DNA of 64,000 nt. It comes from an uncultured delta proteobacterium (lineage in GTDB: Bacteria; Myxococcota; Myxococcia; Myxococcales; Myxococcaceae). The notes under the pieces were generated by a model. It had not been told where the DNA came from. It made no database searches and worked only from the letters and a program-made list of their open reading frames with translations. The stretch spans positions 1,056,001 through 1,120,000 of the forward strand of contig CAVQKE010000004.1 in assembly GCA_963713045.1 (NCBI GenBank), written 5' to 3'. Both the position numbers and the translations under genes were made by a program. The number at the start of each line of letters is the position of its first letter. Position 1 is the stretch's first letter. Positions 44,501 through 52,859 of the stretch are shown piece after piece.

Positions 44501-44916
44501 ATCGGCATCAGCGCTGCGGAGGCGAGCAGCCCATCGTCTCGGACATAGACGCTCGTATCCTGAGGCAAGAGCGCATCCATCCCGACGTTGACCCAGGCTT
44601 CCCGCAGCAGGTTGTGGTCCACCGAGAGGCTCGCCAATTCTTCCTCGGCGCTGCACCACAACGCGCCGGCCAACAGGCTGTTGATGCTTCCGGCAGAGGC
44701 TCCGGTGACCGCCAGAAGGTTGGGCACCCGCTGCGGCCCTCCCTCCGAGGTCGTGAATTTCCCCTTGGACAGACGCACCAGCGTCCAAGCCAGGCCCGAC
44801 TCGTACGTGCCCAGGCTGACCCCGCCACTCACCGTCAGAGTAAATGGGTCATCGGACTGGCCCAGCTCAGTCGGGCCCGAAGCGAGGAGGAGGAGAGCAA
44901 CCGCCGACGACAGCAT
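41536..44916 (-). CDS. Large exported patatin-like phospholipase
   Basis: Signal peptide; SGGVSLG, GASAG, ASAAFP and DGGVFDNAP motifs; beta-strand-rich C-terminus. Confidence 0.85.
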   Translation of the reverse strand: MLSSAVALLLLASGPTELGQSDDPFTLTVSGGVSLGTYESGLAWTLVRLSKGKFTTSEGGPQRVPNLLAVTGASAGSINSLLAGALWCSAEEELASLSVDHNLLREAWVNVGMDALLPQDTSVYVRDDGLLASAALMPIVNRIRERLFTPGGMRFEAGCRLPVGFTVTRVTPEKLDVSGLSLPVQRAVFPLLFEVDEAGQVRLHRQELSGRNATDSLLKLADSSDGSQTLTSPDTLMQALLASAAFPMAFGPRPLCECLVHCGEGAEVSGWSCPGPDAQHPLNGLTCSAYATAASGREMSLCQSYFVDGGVFDNAPVGLAVEQASAFARWRLLRPLTALFMDPDTRRLKPPAKQDPVEHTGRGISGSVDLFFTLVGTARQRQLTESVGSKQWNLTTRGLLWREAQLLTESASAQLHLMDLDGEPTEVAPPPVFRGPLKARIRLSRTLYSCLQRLGGDTAMGAPALQEACAAAAREIPGVDPLATDPVQLAKADTPLSDVELIRMADMLSAFAGQANPRLRMEEAVLRSRTATAAERLQVAGYDTARAEVSAAAVDLLTDELPRMTHGTLSEEALRRLRTTLLQYVAQARSRAEQINRLANALVVAQLRVLAAQNIPLRVGVAAAKALAELAELPDTQPFSVQALQPLLEALHAAKAEELAEAARLAWRRLERLVQLRARLGTLSAESVEAAQDATELEHETSGERRLVLTTRFSPLAGSQLADFGGFLDRPLREADYYIGVYDGLHEAAVHFCDLQDPYETARPAPVRKQDRTGELDLTQEDTQLCLGAAMGVAARWLGLFDSPKASVVVKTLARRELAAWLGSSAEAERLARTSGWSWLGAVPPVLNSQGSVGKVLEVLLSQPTACEQGAAEKLCFGELSFDGFMDGLVAQGYVPESDGMRTALESRRRWFTGTLKRAVDRAATVEIQLPSGESSGTEGMVNLSIGATELLTRAQSYETGVRFVLDPSTIPSEPLADGSYLPIVLAHLVPYRVAVDIVGGGLALSWIEPELWLARWFSLDSTIQLVDLQFSPSRTATTLGVRATGHLAGISLGVGPRWSVYWTGSNAYPWGLEVDVAFLQDRFGISLGFRSITPSGWQTPFLALTVADLNGALYWLIPAAWRSGR

Positions 44917-45096
44917 CCTGTGGGTTCACCTTCTCGAGCCGACGGCCGTTGGAGCGTCCGCGACTTCTACCGCATCCGCCGGCCCCGCTGGGCCGCAGTG
45001 TCACGCTATCGCCACCGCTATTCCCCAAAGCGTCACCGCAGCCGAGCGCTCCAGTCACGCCCAGGCCTCATCATCTGTTCAGGTTTCTGCGACGGC

Positions 45097-46314
45097 ATGC
45101 CCTCGGGTCGCATCCTCTACCTCGCTTTGGCCGATGCCCGCGGGCATCTGATGCGGGCTCATCTCTTGTCCCGCGCGCTGGCCGACGACTTCGACCTGCG
45201 GGTGGTGACGACGGCGGCCCAGGGCGTTCGCTTTCTGGCCAGCTTGGGGACTCCCTCCACGCTGCTCTCTGAGCATTTCCGGGTGGAATTCAATGCGCGC
45301 CATGACATGTCCCGCGCCAAGACGGACCGCCGCGTCCTGAATTACCTGCTGCTTCCGTGGCGCGGTCTGGCCGACTTGGGGCGCCTCGCGCTGCTGGCCC
45401 GCGGCTCAGACCTGGTCGTCAACGACTCGCTGCACCCCATCCTCCTCAGCGCGCCAGCGCTGGCCTTTCCCTTCCCGGTGGTGCAGGTCTACGGCGAGAA
45501 CCTGTGGCATGCCCTGGTCTCCAACTTGGAGGACCGGGCCGCTCCCTGGGCGGTCCACGCCTTCCGAAGGGCCCTCGAGGCCGTCCGCGACCGCTCCTTC
45601 GGACGCATCATCCACACGCTGGGTTTGTCCGGAGTGCCTCGTCCGCACTCGCCCCGCACTTACATCCTGCCTCCCATCGTCGCGCGCCCGACGCGCTCCC
45701 GGACGCAGGTGCGCGCTGACTTGGGCGTCCAGCAGGGAGTCCCGCTGGCGGCCGTCTACCTCAACCCCCACTTCCGCGAGCCCTCCATCGCCGCCGCAGT
45801 GGAGCGCGCACTGGGCCAGCGCGGCTTTCACCTGCACGGCGTCGGCGAAGGCTACGTCGGTCGCCCTGGCTGGGTCGGCACCGACGCCGCCTTCGGCGAC
45901 GTGGTCCACGCCGCGGACCTCTTCGTCTCCGGTGCCGGGATGGGAGCACTCGAACTGGCCCGCACTTCGGGGACACCGCTGCTGGTGCTGTTGGGCGACC
46001 AACCGGAACAGGAGCGCAACGTCGCCGACGCCAGCGACCGCTGCCCGTCGCTGCGACTGAGGGCCGTCCCGCTGGGCGGAGACCTCGCAGCAGCGGTGGC
46101 AGAAGCTGCCCAGGCGCTGGCCCCGGCCGGGGAGGCCCTCCCCACGCGGGCGCTGGCAGCGGCCACCGCGCACGCCACCCAAGCCGCCTGGCGTCAGGCC
46201 TTCGCGGAGTTGGTGGAGGCGGCACGCGCTCAGGCCGCGGCGCGCTTCCGTCGGCGGGTGCTGTCGCGGGTGCGGCCGCTGCTGGGCCCGGGGACGCCCT
46301 CCGGGGCGCGCTAG
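45097..46314 (+). CDS. GT-B fold glycosyltransferase-like protein
   Basis: ILYLALADARGH, VVND, DLFVSGAG and QPEQERN motifs (GT28/MJ1255-like). Confidence 0.7.
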   Translation: MPSGRILYLALADARGHLMRAHLLSRALADDFDLRVVTTAAQGVRFLASLGTPSTLLSEHFRVEFNARHDMSRAKTDRRVLNYLLLPWRGLADLGRLALLARGSDLVVNDSLHPILLSAPALAFPFPVVQVYGENLWHALVSNLEDRAAPWAVHAFRRALEAVRDRSFGRIIHTLGLSGVPRPHSPRTYILPPIVARPTRSRTQVRADLGVQQGVPLAAVYLNPHFREPSIAAAVERALGQRGFHLHGVGEGYVGRPGWVGTDAAFGDVVHAADLFVSGAGMGALELARTSGTPLLVLLGDQPEQERNVADASDRCPSLRLRAVPLGGDLAAAVAEAAQALAPAGEALPTRALAAATAHATQAAWRQAFAELVEAARAQAAARFRRRVLSRVRPLLGPGTPSGAR

Positions 46315-46784
46315 CCCGTCGCCTCGGGCCAAATGCGCACCAGCTGGCGCAGGTGCTCTTCCAACTCTCGGACCGGCAGCTTGGTGTAGTCCTTGGCCTG
46401 GCTGGCGCGGAGTTTTCCGACCAGCCCCCGAGTCAGGTTCTCCCGGAGGATTCCGAGAAACTTCGGCGGCGCGACCACCACCAGGTGGTGAAAGGCCCCT
46501 TCGGCCAGGCCCCGTTCCAGCATCCGCACCAATTCCTTGGCAAAGCGGTGTTGTGCTTCGTCGGATGGGTCCGCGCTTGGTTTCAGCGCTTCGTGGTGGG
46601 CAGAGGCATGCTTCGGGCGGTCGGCCACCTCGGGGAGGTCGCCACTCTCGTCGTGGGCGGCCCCGTCCGGGCGGCTGCGGATGGTGTGACGCAGCGTTCC
46701 CGGTAGCCCCGCGTCTTCCACAGAAAAAATTTGTCCCTGATGGGCGTCAGCCACCAACACCCAGGTGTTGCCTTGTCCTGTCAT
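46311..46784 (-). CDS. Host attachment protein family (release-factor-like)
   Basis: TWVLVAD, RFAKEL, LVVVAPPKFLGILR and KDYT motifs. Confidence 0.85.
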   Translation of the reverse strand: MTGQGNTWVLVADAHQGQIFSVEDAGLPGTLRHTIRSRPDGAAHDESGDLPEVADRPKHASAHHEALKPSADPSDEAQHRFAKELVRMLERGLAEGAFHHLVVVAPPKFLGILRENLTRGLVGKLRASQAKDYTKLPVRELEEHLRQLVRIWPEATG

Positions 46785-46857
46785 CAGGCCAGAAGCCTAA
46801 CCGCTCCGCCAAGGCTGCAAAGCGGAAACCCGCTGGCCGGAGGGCCCGCGGCCGGTG

Positions 46858-47025
46858 TCACCACCCCATCACTCCGCCGCCGCTGGTGCTCGCCGGCGGT
46901 TGGGACTCGGGCGTGGCCCCGGGGGATTTGGCGGCCGAGGCCGTGTTGCTGGTGGCGCAGCCGGGCGCGGCACCCAGCACGGCACCGCCCACCACCAGCA
47001 GGTGAAACAGTTTCTTGAAAAGCAT
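46858..47025 (-). CDS. 55-aa exported or lipidated peptide, below the ORF-track cutoff
   Basis: AAGGAGG RBS; MLFKKLFHLLVVGGAVLGAAPGCATSNTASAAKSPGATPESQPPASTSGGGVMGW followed by a stop. Confidence 0.7.
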   Translation of the reverse strand: MLFKKLFHLLVVGGAVLGAAPGCATSNTASAAKSPGATPESQPPASTSGGGVMGW

Positions 47026-47211
47026 CGCTTCCCTCCTTCAGGGACTCGGCCGTCAAAAGCCAAACAGCCCAGCACGTCACGTTGCGCCCGTCTAGGGCGG
47101 CCCGGGCCCCCCGCAAGTCGACCGCACCCGTTGGCCGCAACAAGCGGCCCCGCGGTCCGCCCGGTGGCCCGCTGTTACGCCGTCCAGGCGTGCCCGGCAC
47201 GGGGGCACGTT

Positions 47212-48372
47212 TTAGAAGCGTGCCCGAAAGCCGAGCGCAAAGGCCCCGGACAGGGTGGTTTGGGTGCCCGCGGCGGGCGGCAGGCCAACGGCGTCCGGCG
47301 GCTGAAGGTCCACCTGGAGGCTGCCCGTCACCCACACCTTCCAGGTCGCGTTGAAGGCCCACTGAATGCGCGCACCCACCACTTGGCTGGTGCCCAAGTC
47401 AGAGGCGTAAACGCCAAACTGGTACCACAACAGAAAGCTGAAGGGTCCCACCCGTTGGGTGAAGTCGGGGCGAATGGTGAAAAGGTACGGCGCAAGCGGG
47501 ACGCTTTGGCCGAGCGAGAAGTTGTGGAGCGCCGTTCGGCCCGAGGTGAGTGCGCTGTAGTAGCCGAACTCCGTGGGGTCCTGGCTGTAGAGGTAATACG
47601 CGGCGTGGAGGCCGACGTCCGTCGCGCCGTGGAGGGTGAGGCTGCCGCCGGCCGCCAAGCGCAATTCGTCCAGGGTGGCGGTGCCATGGGTGAGGAGCGG
47701 CTTGAGGGCTCGGCAGCGGCGGACTTCGGCCGGCACTTTGGTGTTGTCGCAGTACTCGGCAATGCGGGCGATGGTGGAAGCGCCCGTGTCCGTTTCGTTC
47801 TCCAGCTTTTCCAAGGTCTGGTCGACGGTGAGGGCCAGCCACCCCACATCGGCGTCCACGAAGAAGGCAGCCGCATCACCCAGCGGGTCGCCGATGAGGT
47901 AGTCCGCCGAGACGTCCACCCCGTAGCTGGAAGCCACCGTCTGCAGCAGGCCGTTTCTGTCCACCGTGCCACCATCGGGTCCAGGCAGGGTGATGTCGGT
48001 GTTGGCGCTTTGAGAACTCGGCGGCGAATAGACGCCGTCGACCGACAGGGTGAGGGCCTCGGTTGCGTCCCAATCGAGCCCCAGGGACAGGGCCACCACC
48101 GCCGTCGGCGTCCCCTCAAACGCGCCGCCGGTGGGCGCGGGCGTCCCAAATTCATAGGTGAACCCGACGGCCGAACGCAGGACGAAGCCATCGGACAAGT
48201 CAAAGTTGCCTTTGAGGAGGTCCGCCACGTCCCCGGCCCGAGGGTTACTGGGCGTCGTCTGGGTCAGCTGGGCGCCCACCTCGTTGGAGACGCTGCTCGC
48301 TTCGGCGCGCCCCAGCGCTCCGAGGAGCAGCAGCCAGCCCAAGCGGGGGAGACACCGTCGGCGAAGCGCCAC
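47212..48372 (-). CDS. Probable outer-membrane beta-barrel protein
   Basis: Signal peptide ending AEA, amphipathic strands, C-terminal ALGFRARF. Confidence 0.7.
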   Translation of the reverse strand: MALRRRCLPRLGWLLLLGALGRAEASSVSNEVGAQLTQTTPSNPRAGDVADLLKGNFDLSDGFVLRSAVGFTYEFGTPAPTGGAFEGTPTAVVALSLGLDWDATEALTLSVDGVYSPPSSQSANTDITLPGPDGGTVDRNGLLQTVASSYGVDVSADYLIGDPLGDAAAFFVDADVGWLALTVDQTLEKLENETDTGASTIARIAEYCDNTKVPAEVRRCRALKPLLTHGTATLDELRLAAGGSLTLHGATDVGLHAAYYLYSQDPTEFGYYSALTSGRTALHNFSLGQSVPLAPYLFTIRPDFTQRVGPFSFLLWYQFGVYASDLGTSQVVGARIQWAFNATWKVWVTGSLQVDLQPPDAVGLPPAAGTQTTLSGAFALGFRARF

Positions 48373-48761
48373 GCGCGCAGTCCGCGTCAACCTTCGCGCG
48401 TCTGTGGAGCGAGCCAACGGCCGCAAAGCATAGGCCGTCAGAAAGTCGCGCGCCGAGGGCCGCCGGTTCCTCGGACGGCCTGGTGCAGACTGACGCCCCG
48501 GGACTTCCGCCATCCGCCCTCTCGCCGAGCTGTCAACACCAGCCGCGCCGGAGAGTTTCGGCCCGAGGCGCACTTCCTTTGGGTTGTGGGAAGGCGCACC
48601 CGTTCGCCGAAGGGAAACCCGGGGCTACCCCCTTGCCGCGCGGCGAAGGCGTTGAAGCTGGCGGGGCCGCCTCCGCCCCCGGGGTCGGCCCTGAGGACTT
48701 TCACAAACCCCCACGTCGCTCGGGCGCCAACGTGCTGTGGCGCCCGAGACCGCGGGACCGC

Positions 48762-49592
48762 TTAGGTGGAGGTCGCGACGGTGAAGGTGTCGCAGGCCGA
48801 CCAGTCGAATTCGATTCCCTTTTGTGTATAGCCGTAGATGTTCAGGTTTCCGGTCTCATTGGCGCGGATTTCCAGCGTGCCGCCGGTGATGCCGCCGCCG
48901 CTGTCGCAGCTGGTGGCCCAGGTCATGTTGAGGAAGTCGATCCCCACCGTCCAGGCGAAGTTGCCGCTCTGGCCGCTGGCGCTGTAGTTCCCGCTGTTCT
49001 GGCTCAAGGCGGTGCCGCTGATGGTGCCCCCAGAGGAGGTGGAGGTGTAGTTGATGTCGCCCGTCCAGACGCCGTCCCAGTTGAAGGTCTCGCTGCTGGA
49101 GCTGTAGGAGACGGTGAAGGTGAGATTCCAGGTGACGTTGGTCGCCGTGGCGGTGAGCGTCCCATTGGCGGTGTAGGTGAAGCCGCTGCCGGAGTAGCTG
49201 CAGTTGTTGTAGGTGAGCGTTGTGCCAGTCTGCGTGTAGCAGCTGGTGCTCAGCTCTCCGCTCCGCTGCTTGAGGACGAGCTGCTTGGCAGCCTCCATTG
49301 CCGGGCTCCTCGGAGCTGCCATCGCGGCCGTGCCGAGAGTTTGCTCGCCAAGCGAGTCGGCCAGCTCCGGCGCGTTGGAGGCACTGGCCGCGTCGCCCGA
49401 AGAAGCTGAGACGACCACTTGGCCGACGTCGGTCGACGCGGTGCTGCCCGTCGACTGCTGTGTCGTGGTCGGCGCCTGCGGAGTGGAGTAACTGAAGGTG
49501 GTGAGCGCCGGAGAGTTGACGGTCCCGGGGCTACTGCTGCTGCTGCAGGCTGCAAGCACGCTGGCGGCGAGAATGGCAAGGCAACGTTTCAT
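48762..49592 (-). CDS. Ser/Thr-rich lipoprotein
   Basis: MKRCLAILAASVLAAC lipobox; beta-rich domain with 4 Cys. Confidence 0.8.
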   Translation of the reverse strand: MKRCLAILAASVLAACSSSSSPGTVNSPALTTFSYSTPQAPTTTQQSTGSTASTDVGQVVVSASSGDAASASNAPELADSLGEQTLGTAAMAAPRSPAMEAAKQLVLKQRSGELSTSCYTQTGTTLTYNNCSYSGSGFTYTANGTLTATATNVTWNLTFTVSYSSSSETFNWDGVWTGDINYTSTSSGGTISGTALSQNSGNYSASGQSGNFAWTVGIDFLNMTWATSCDSGGGITGGTLEIRANETGNLNIYGYTQKGIEFDWSACDTFTVATST

Positions 49593-50136
49593 GAGAATCC
49601 CTTCCTCTTGTGTGAATGACGGAACTGCTGAAAGTTGCAGCCGCTGCTTCCTCATGAACGGGGCGCGCCGCGCGTCCAACGCGGGAAGCGTCCGCCCACA
49701 AGTCTCAACCCCACCGCGGCCCAACACCCATAGGAAAGCCGAAGGCGAGCAGTGACGCAAACTGTCGGCCCCTAAACCAACGGAGCGGGTCCGCACCGAC
49801 TGCAGGCGCCGCCCAGCGCAGCCAAGGGTGGGTGCCACAGGGCGGAAAGTTTCGTCCTGCAGTGCACCGCAGCCGACAAGCACTGACAACGGCTGGTCGC
49901 AAACCTTTGACACACCGTTCCCCACCCGACCGGACGGCAGGGCCCTGGCACCGCGGACCGTGGTGCACATGGTGCATTTCCGTTTTTCGTCACTCAGGAT
50001 TGCGCGCGCCGTCTGAATAAACGGCGGCGCCCGGCACGTCTGTGGCCGCGCACCGGGCAACTTGCCCGCCTTCTCATGACGTTCACCGGCTGCCCGCGGG
50101 GGGCGTCGGTTGCCCAGCGCTTTGACGAAAGGCACC

Positions 50137-51135
50137 ATGTCCCACCATTCCAAGAATCTCCTCGGTGTCGCCGCAGTCCTCAGCTTGGGCGGGCTGTTCG
50201 CCTTCGCCTGTTCGACTTCGACGTCCAGCGTTTCCGCGGCTCAGGCCTGCGCCGACGTGGCAGCCGCGCGCTGTCAAGTCGAGCAGCAGTGCGACCCCCA
50301 AGCCATCCTCACCGCCTATGGCGACTTGAGCACCTGCGAATCCACACAGTCTTCCACCTGTCTCTTGAATCTCGCCGCGCCGGACACTGCCAACACCCCG
50401 GCCCACACCGAGGGCTGCGCGCAGGCGACACCTACACAAAGCTGCGACGACTACGCCTTGGGCATCGTCCCCGCGGCCTGTAACCCACCGACCGGCCCCC
50501 GCGACGCCGGAAGCGACTGCGCCCTGTCGGGACAATGCAGCACCGCCTATTGCCTCGTCCCGAGGACGGCCACCTGCGGCACCTGCGCCGAAGCGCCGGG
50601 ACTGGGAACAAGCTGCTTCAACAACGCCTGCGGGCCAGGGTACCTGTGTGACAATCTCTCGTACCAGTGCGTCGCGCCGGTGGCCGCCGCCGGTGCCTGC
50701 AGCAACAGCAGCGTCTGCGGCCCGGGATTGACCTGCCTTGGCAACGGCGCCGACGGCGGCACCCTGGGCTCCTGTGTCGCCCTGGCCACCCTGGGCGGCA
50801 ACTGCGACCTGACGGATGGTGGAAGCCGATGCGACGGACGCTTTGGGCTGGACTGCAACACCGAGGCGGGGAAAGTCTGCGCCCAGGCGGCCACCGCCAC
50901 CGCGACGCAGCCCTGCGGCACCATCGACGGAGGCGCCGTTGACTGCGTCGCGGACTCCTTCTGCCAGAAGGCACCCAGCGACAAGGAAGGCACCTGCGTG
51001 GCGTCCTCGCCCCAGGGCGGCGCCTGCGACACGGCGAACGGCCCCGGCTGCACACCGCCCGCGCGGTGCGTGCTGGCCGACGCCGGCGTCACCGCAGGCA
51101 TCTGCCAAGCACCCAATTACCAGGCCTGCAACTAG
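50137..51135 (+). CDS. Cys-rich lipoprotein
   Basis: Lipobox AFAC; repeated G..C.....C..G..C modules. Confidence 0.8.
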   Translation: MSHHSKNLLGVAAVLSLGGLFAFACSTSTSSVSAAQACADVAAARCQVEQQCDPQAILTAYGDLSTCESTQSSTCLLNLAAPDTANTPAHTEGCAQATPTQSCDDYALGIVPAACNPPTGPRDAGSDCALSGQCSTAYCLVPRTATCGTCAEAPGLGTSCFNNACGPGYLCDNLSYQCVAPVAAAGACSNSSVCGPGLTCLGNGADGGTLGSCVALATLGGNCDLTDGGSRCDGRFGLDCNTEAGKVCAQAATATATQPCGTIDGGAVDCVADSFCQKAPSDKEGTCVASSPQGGACDTANGPGCTPPARCVLADAGVTAGICQAPNYQACN

Positions 51136-51302
51136 TGTCGCTGGACAACGTCCCGGGGGGGGGCGGCGCCCGCCTTTCGCCCGCCCCAACGCGTCGTCGC
51201 CGACGCTGGCGGCGCGCAAGAGGCCTGCCGAAGCGCCGGGCGCCTGTAAACTAAACGCCCCCCGCGGGGTGCGTCATCAGCCGCGCGGACCAGGTGGCTC
51301 TC

Positions 51303-52175
51303 ATGGCAGAGGCAGCACTTCCGGACATCTCGGACACCGCGCGCTGGGTGGCCTATTACCGGGCGTTGGAGTCGGAGCGGCCCGACGCCCTCTTTCGAGA
51401 CCCCTTCGCCCGGCGGCTGGCCGGCGAGCGCGGCCGAGCCATTGCCGAAAGCATGCCGGGGGCGATGCGCGGCAACTCTTGGCCGATGGTTGTCCGCACC
51501 TATCTCATCGACGAATTGGTGCAGAAGTCCGTCGCCCAAGGGGCGGACCGGGTGCTCAACCTGGCGGCCGGCCTCGACACCCGTCCCTACCGTCTGCCGC
51601 TTCCCCCGGCCCTGGTCTGGGTGGAGGCGGACTTGCCCGCCCTCCTCCGGGAAAAGGAGAGGCTGTTGGCCGGCGAGCATCCGGCCTGCCAGCTGCGCCG
51701 GGTGCCCGTCGATTTGACACAACCCGCCGCACGCCGGGCCTTCCTGGAGGCGGCTCTGGAGGGATGCCGCCGAGCGCTCATCCTCACCGAAGGCCTCCTG
51801 GTTTACCTCGAGCCCGAGGAGGTGCGCGCCCTGGGGCGAGACTTCGCCGCGCAAAGCTCCGTTGCCTTCTGGATGTTGGACCTCCCCTCCCCAACCATCC
51901 TCAAGATGCTGCAGCGGCGGACGGCCTCACGTCTCGGTCCGGGTGCGCAAATGAAGTTTGGACCGGCGGAAGGCGTCGGCTTCTTCGAGGCCATCGGCTG
52001 GCAGCCCTTGGACGTCCGCTCTTACCTGACGGAGGCCGCGCGTTTGAAGCGCCTCCCTGCCCTGCTTCGCCTCGTTGCGCCCTTCTCGCACACCGACCCG
52101 CGCAACCCCGGCCGACGCCCATGGTCTGCCGTGGTGCGCTTGGGACGGCCAGCGCCAAATTCGCCGGGGGGTTGA
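51303..52175 (+). CDS. SAM-dependent methyltransferase (LCM/TIGR00027-like)
   Basis: DTARWVAYYRALES, DPFA, LAAGLDTR and TEGLLVYL motifs. Confidence 0.9.
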   Translation: MAEAALPDISDTARWVAYYRALESERPDALFRDPFARRLAGERGRAIAESMPGAMRGNSWPMVVRTYLIDELVQKSVAQGADRVLNLAAGLDTRPYRLPLPPALVWVEADLPALLREKERLLAGEHPACQLRRVPVDLTQPAARRAFLEAALEGCRRALILTEGLLVYLEPEEVRALGRDFAAQSSVAFWMLDLPSPTILKMLQRRTASRLGPGAQMKFGPAEGVGFFEAIGWQPLDVRSYLTEAARLKRLPALLRLVAPFSHTDPRNPGRRPWSAVVRLGRPAPNSPGG

Positions 52176-52184
52176 GGGGCCGGC

Positions 52185-52724
52185 CTACCGCTGGAAGAGG
52201 AGCGTCGGCTGGCCCTTGAAGGTGGTGCGTTGAAATTCTCGGTAGCCGCACTTTTCGGCGACCCGGAGGGAGGCGAGATTTTCCGGGTGGATGAGGCACA
52301 CCGTCCTGGGCGTCCCGAGGTGCGTCGCTCCCCATTGCAGCGCGGCCGTCACCGCCTCGGTGGCAAAACCTTTCCCGTGCGCCCACCGGGCCAGTACCCA
52401 GCCGCATTCCGGCGCGGCGCCCAGCGGGGGCTGGAGGTCCCGCTTGAATTCGCCCAGCCCAGCCTCGCCAACAAACTGCCCGCTCGACTTCTCCTGAATG
52501 GCCCAGAAGCCATAGCCGAGCAGCGCCCAGTGGCCGACGTAGCGCAAAAGGCGCGTCCACACCTCGTCGCGCAAAAAGGGCTTGCCCCCAATGTAGCGGG
52601 TGACTTCCGCGTCGCCCCACATCGCATTGCAGGCATCGAGGTCCGTCAAACGGTGGCCTCGAAGGATGAGACGCGGCGTCTCGAGGCTGGGGACAGCGGT
52701 CGAGGTGTCGAAGAGGCCAACCAT
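52185..52724 (-). CDS. GNAT acetyltransferase (RimJ/RimL-like)
   Basis: LETPRLILR, GKGFATEA and ENLASLRVAEKCG motifs. Confidence 0.9.
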   Translation of the reverse strand: MVGLFDTSTAVPSLETPRLILRGHRLTDLDACNAMWGDAEVTRYIGGKPFLRDEVWTRLLRYVGHWALLGYGFWAIQEKSSGQFVGEAGLGEFKRDLQPPLGAAPECGWVLARWAHGKGFATEAVTAALQWGATHLGTPRTVCLIHPENLASLRVAEKCGYREFQRTTFKGQPTLLFQR

Positions 52725-52798
52725 GGAGGACAGACGGCTGGCCTAGCAGGCTACGGGCTTCTGGGAATAGACGAAACGCCCCCGGCATTGAAACCTGC

Positions 52799-52843
52799 TT
52801 GACGACATCATAGGTTCTATATAGATTCTATTTAAGTTCCATT
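52799..52843 (+). promoter_or_regulatory. Sigma-70 promoter overlapped by three 11-bp direct repeats
   Basis: TTGACG (52799)-17 bp-TAGATT (52822); repeats TAGGTTCTATA/TAGATTCTATT/TAAGTTCCATT at 52811-52843. Confidence 0.75.
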
Positions 52844-52859
52844 TGGAAAGAAGGCTTCC

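Noticed and set aside
49728..49795. GGAAA...GACGCAAA...CTAA resemblance to a c-di-GMP-I (GEMM) riboswitch
   Set aside because: I could not build the P1/P2 pairing by eye. An Rfam cmscan would be needed.
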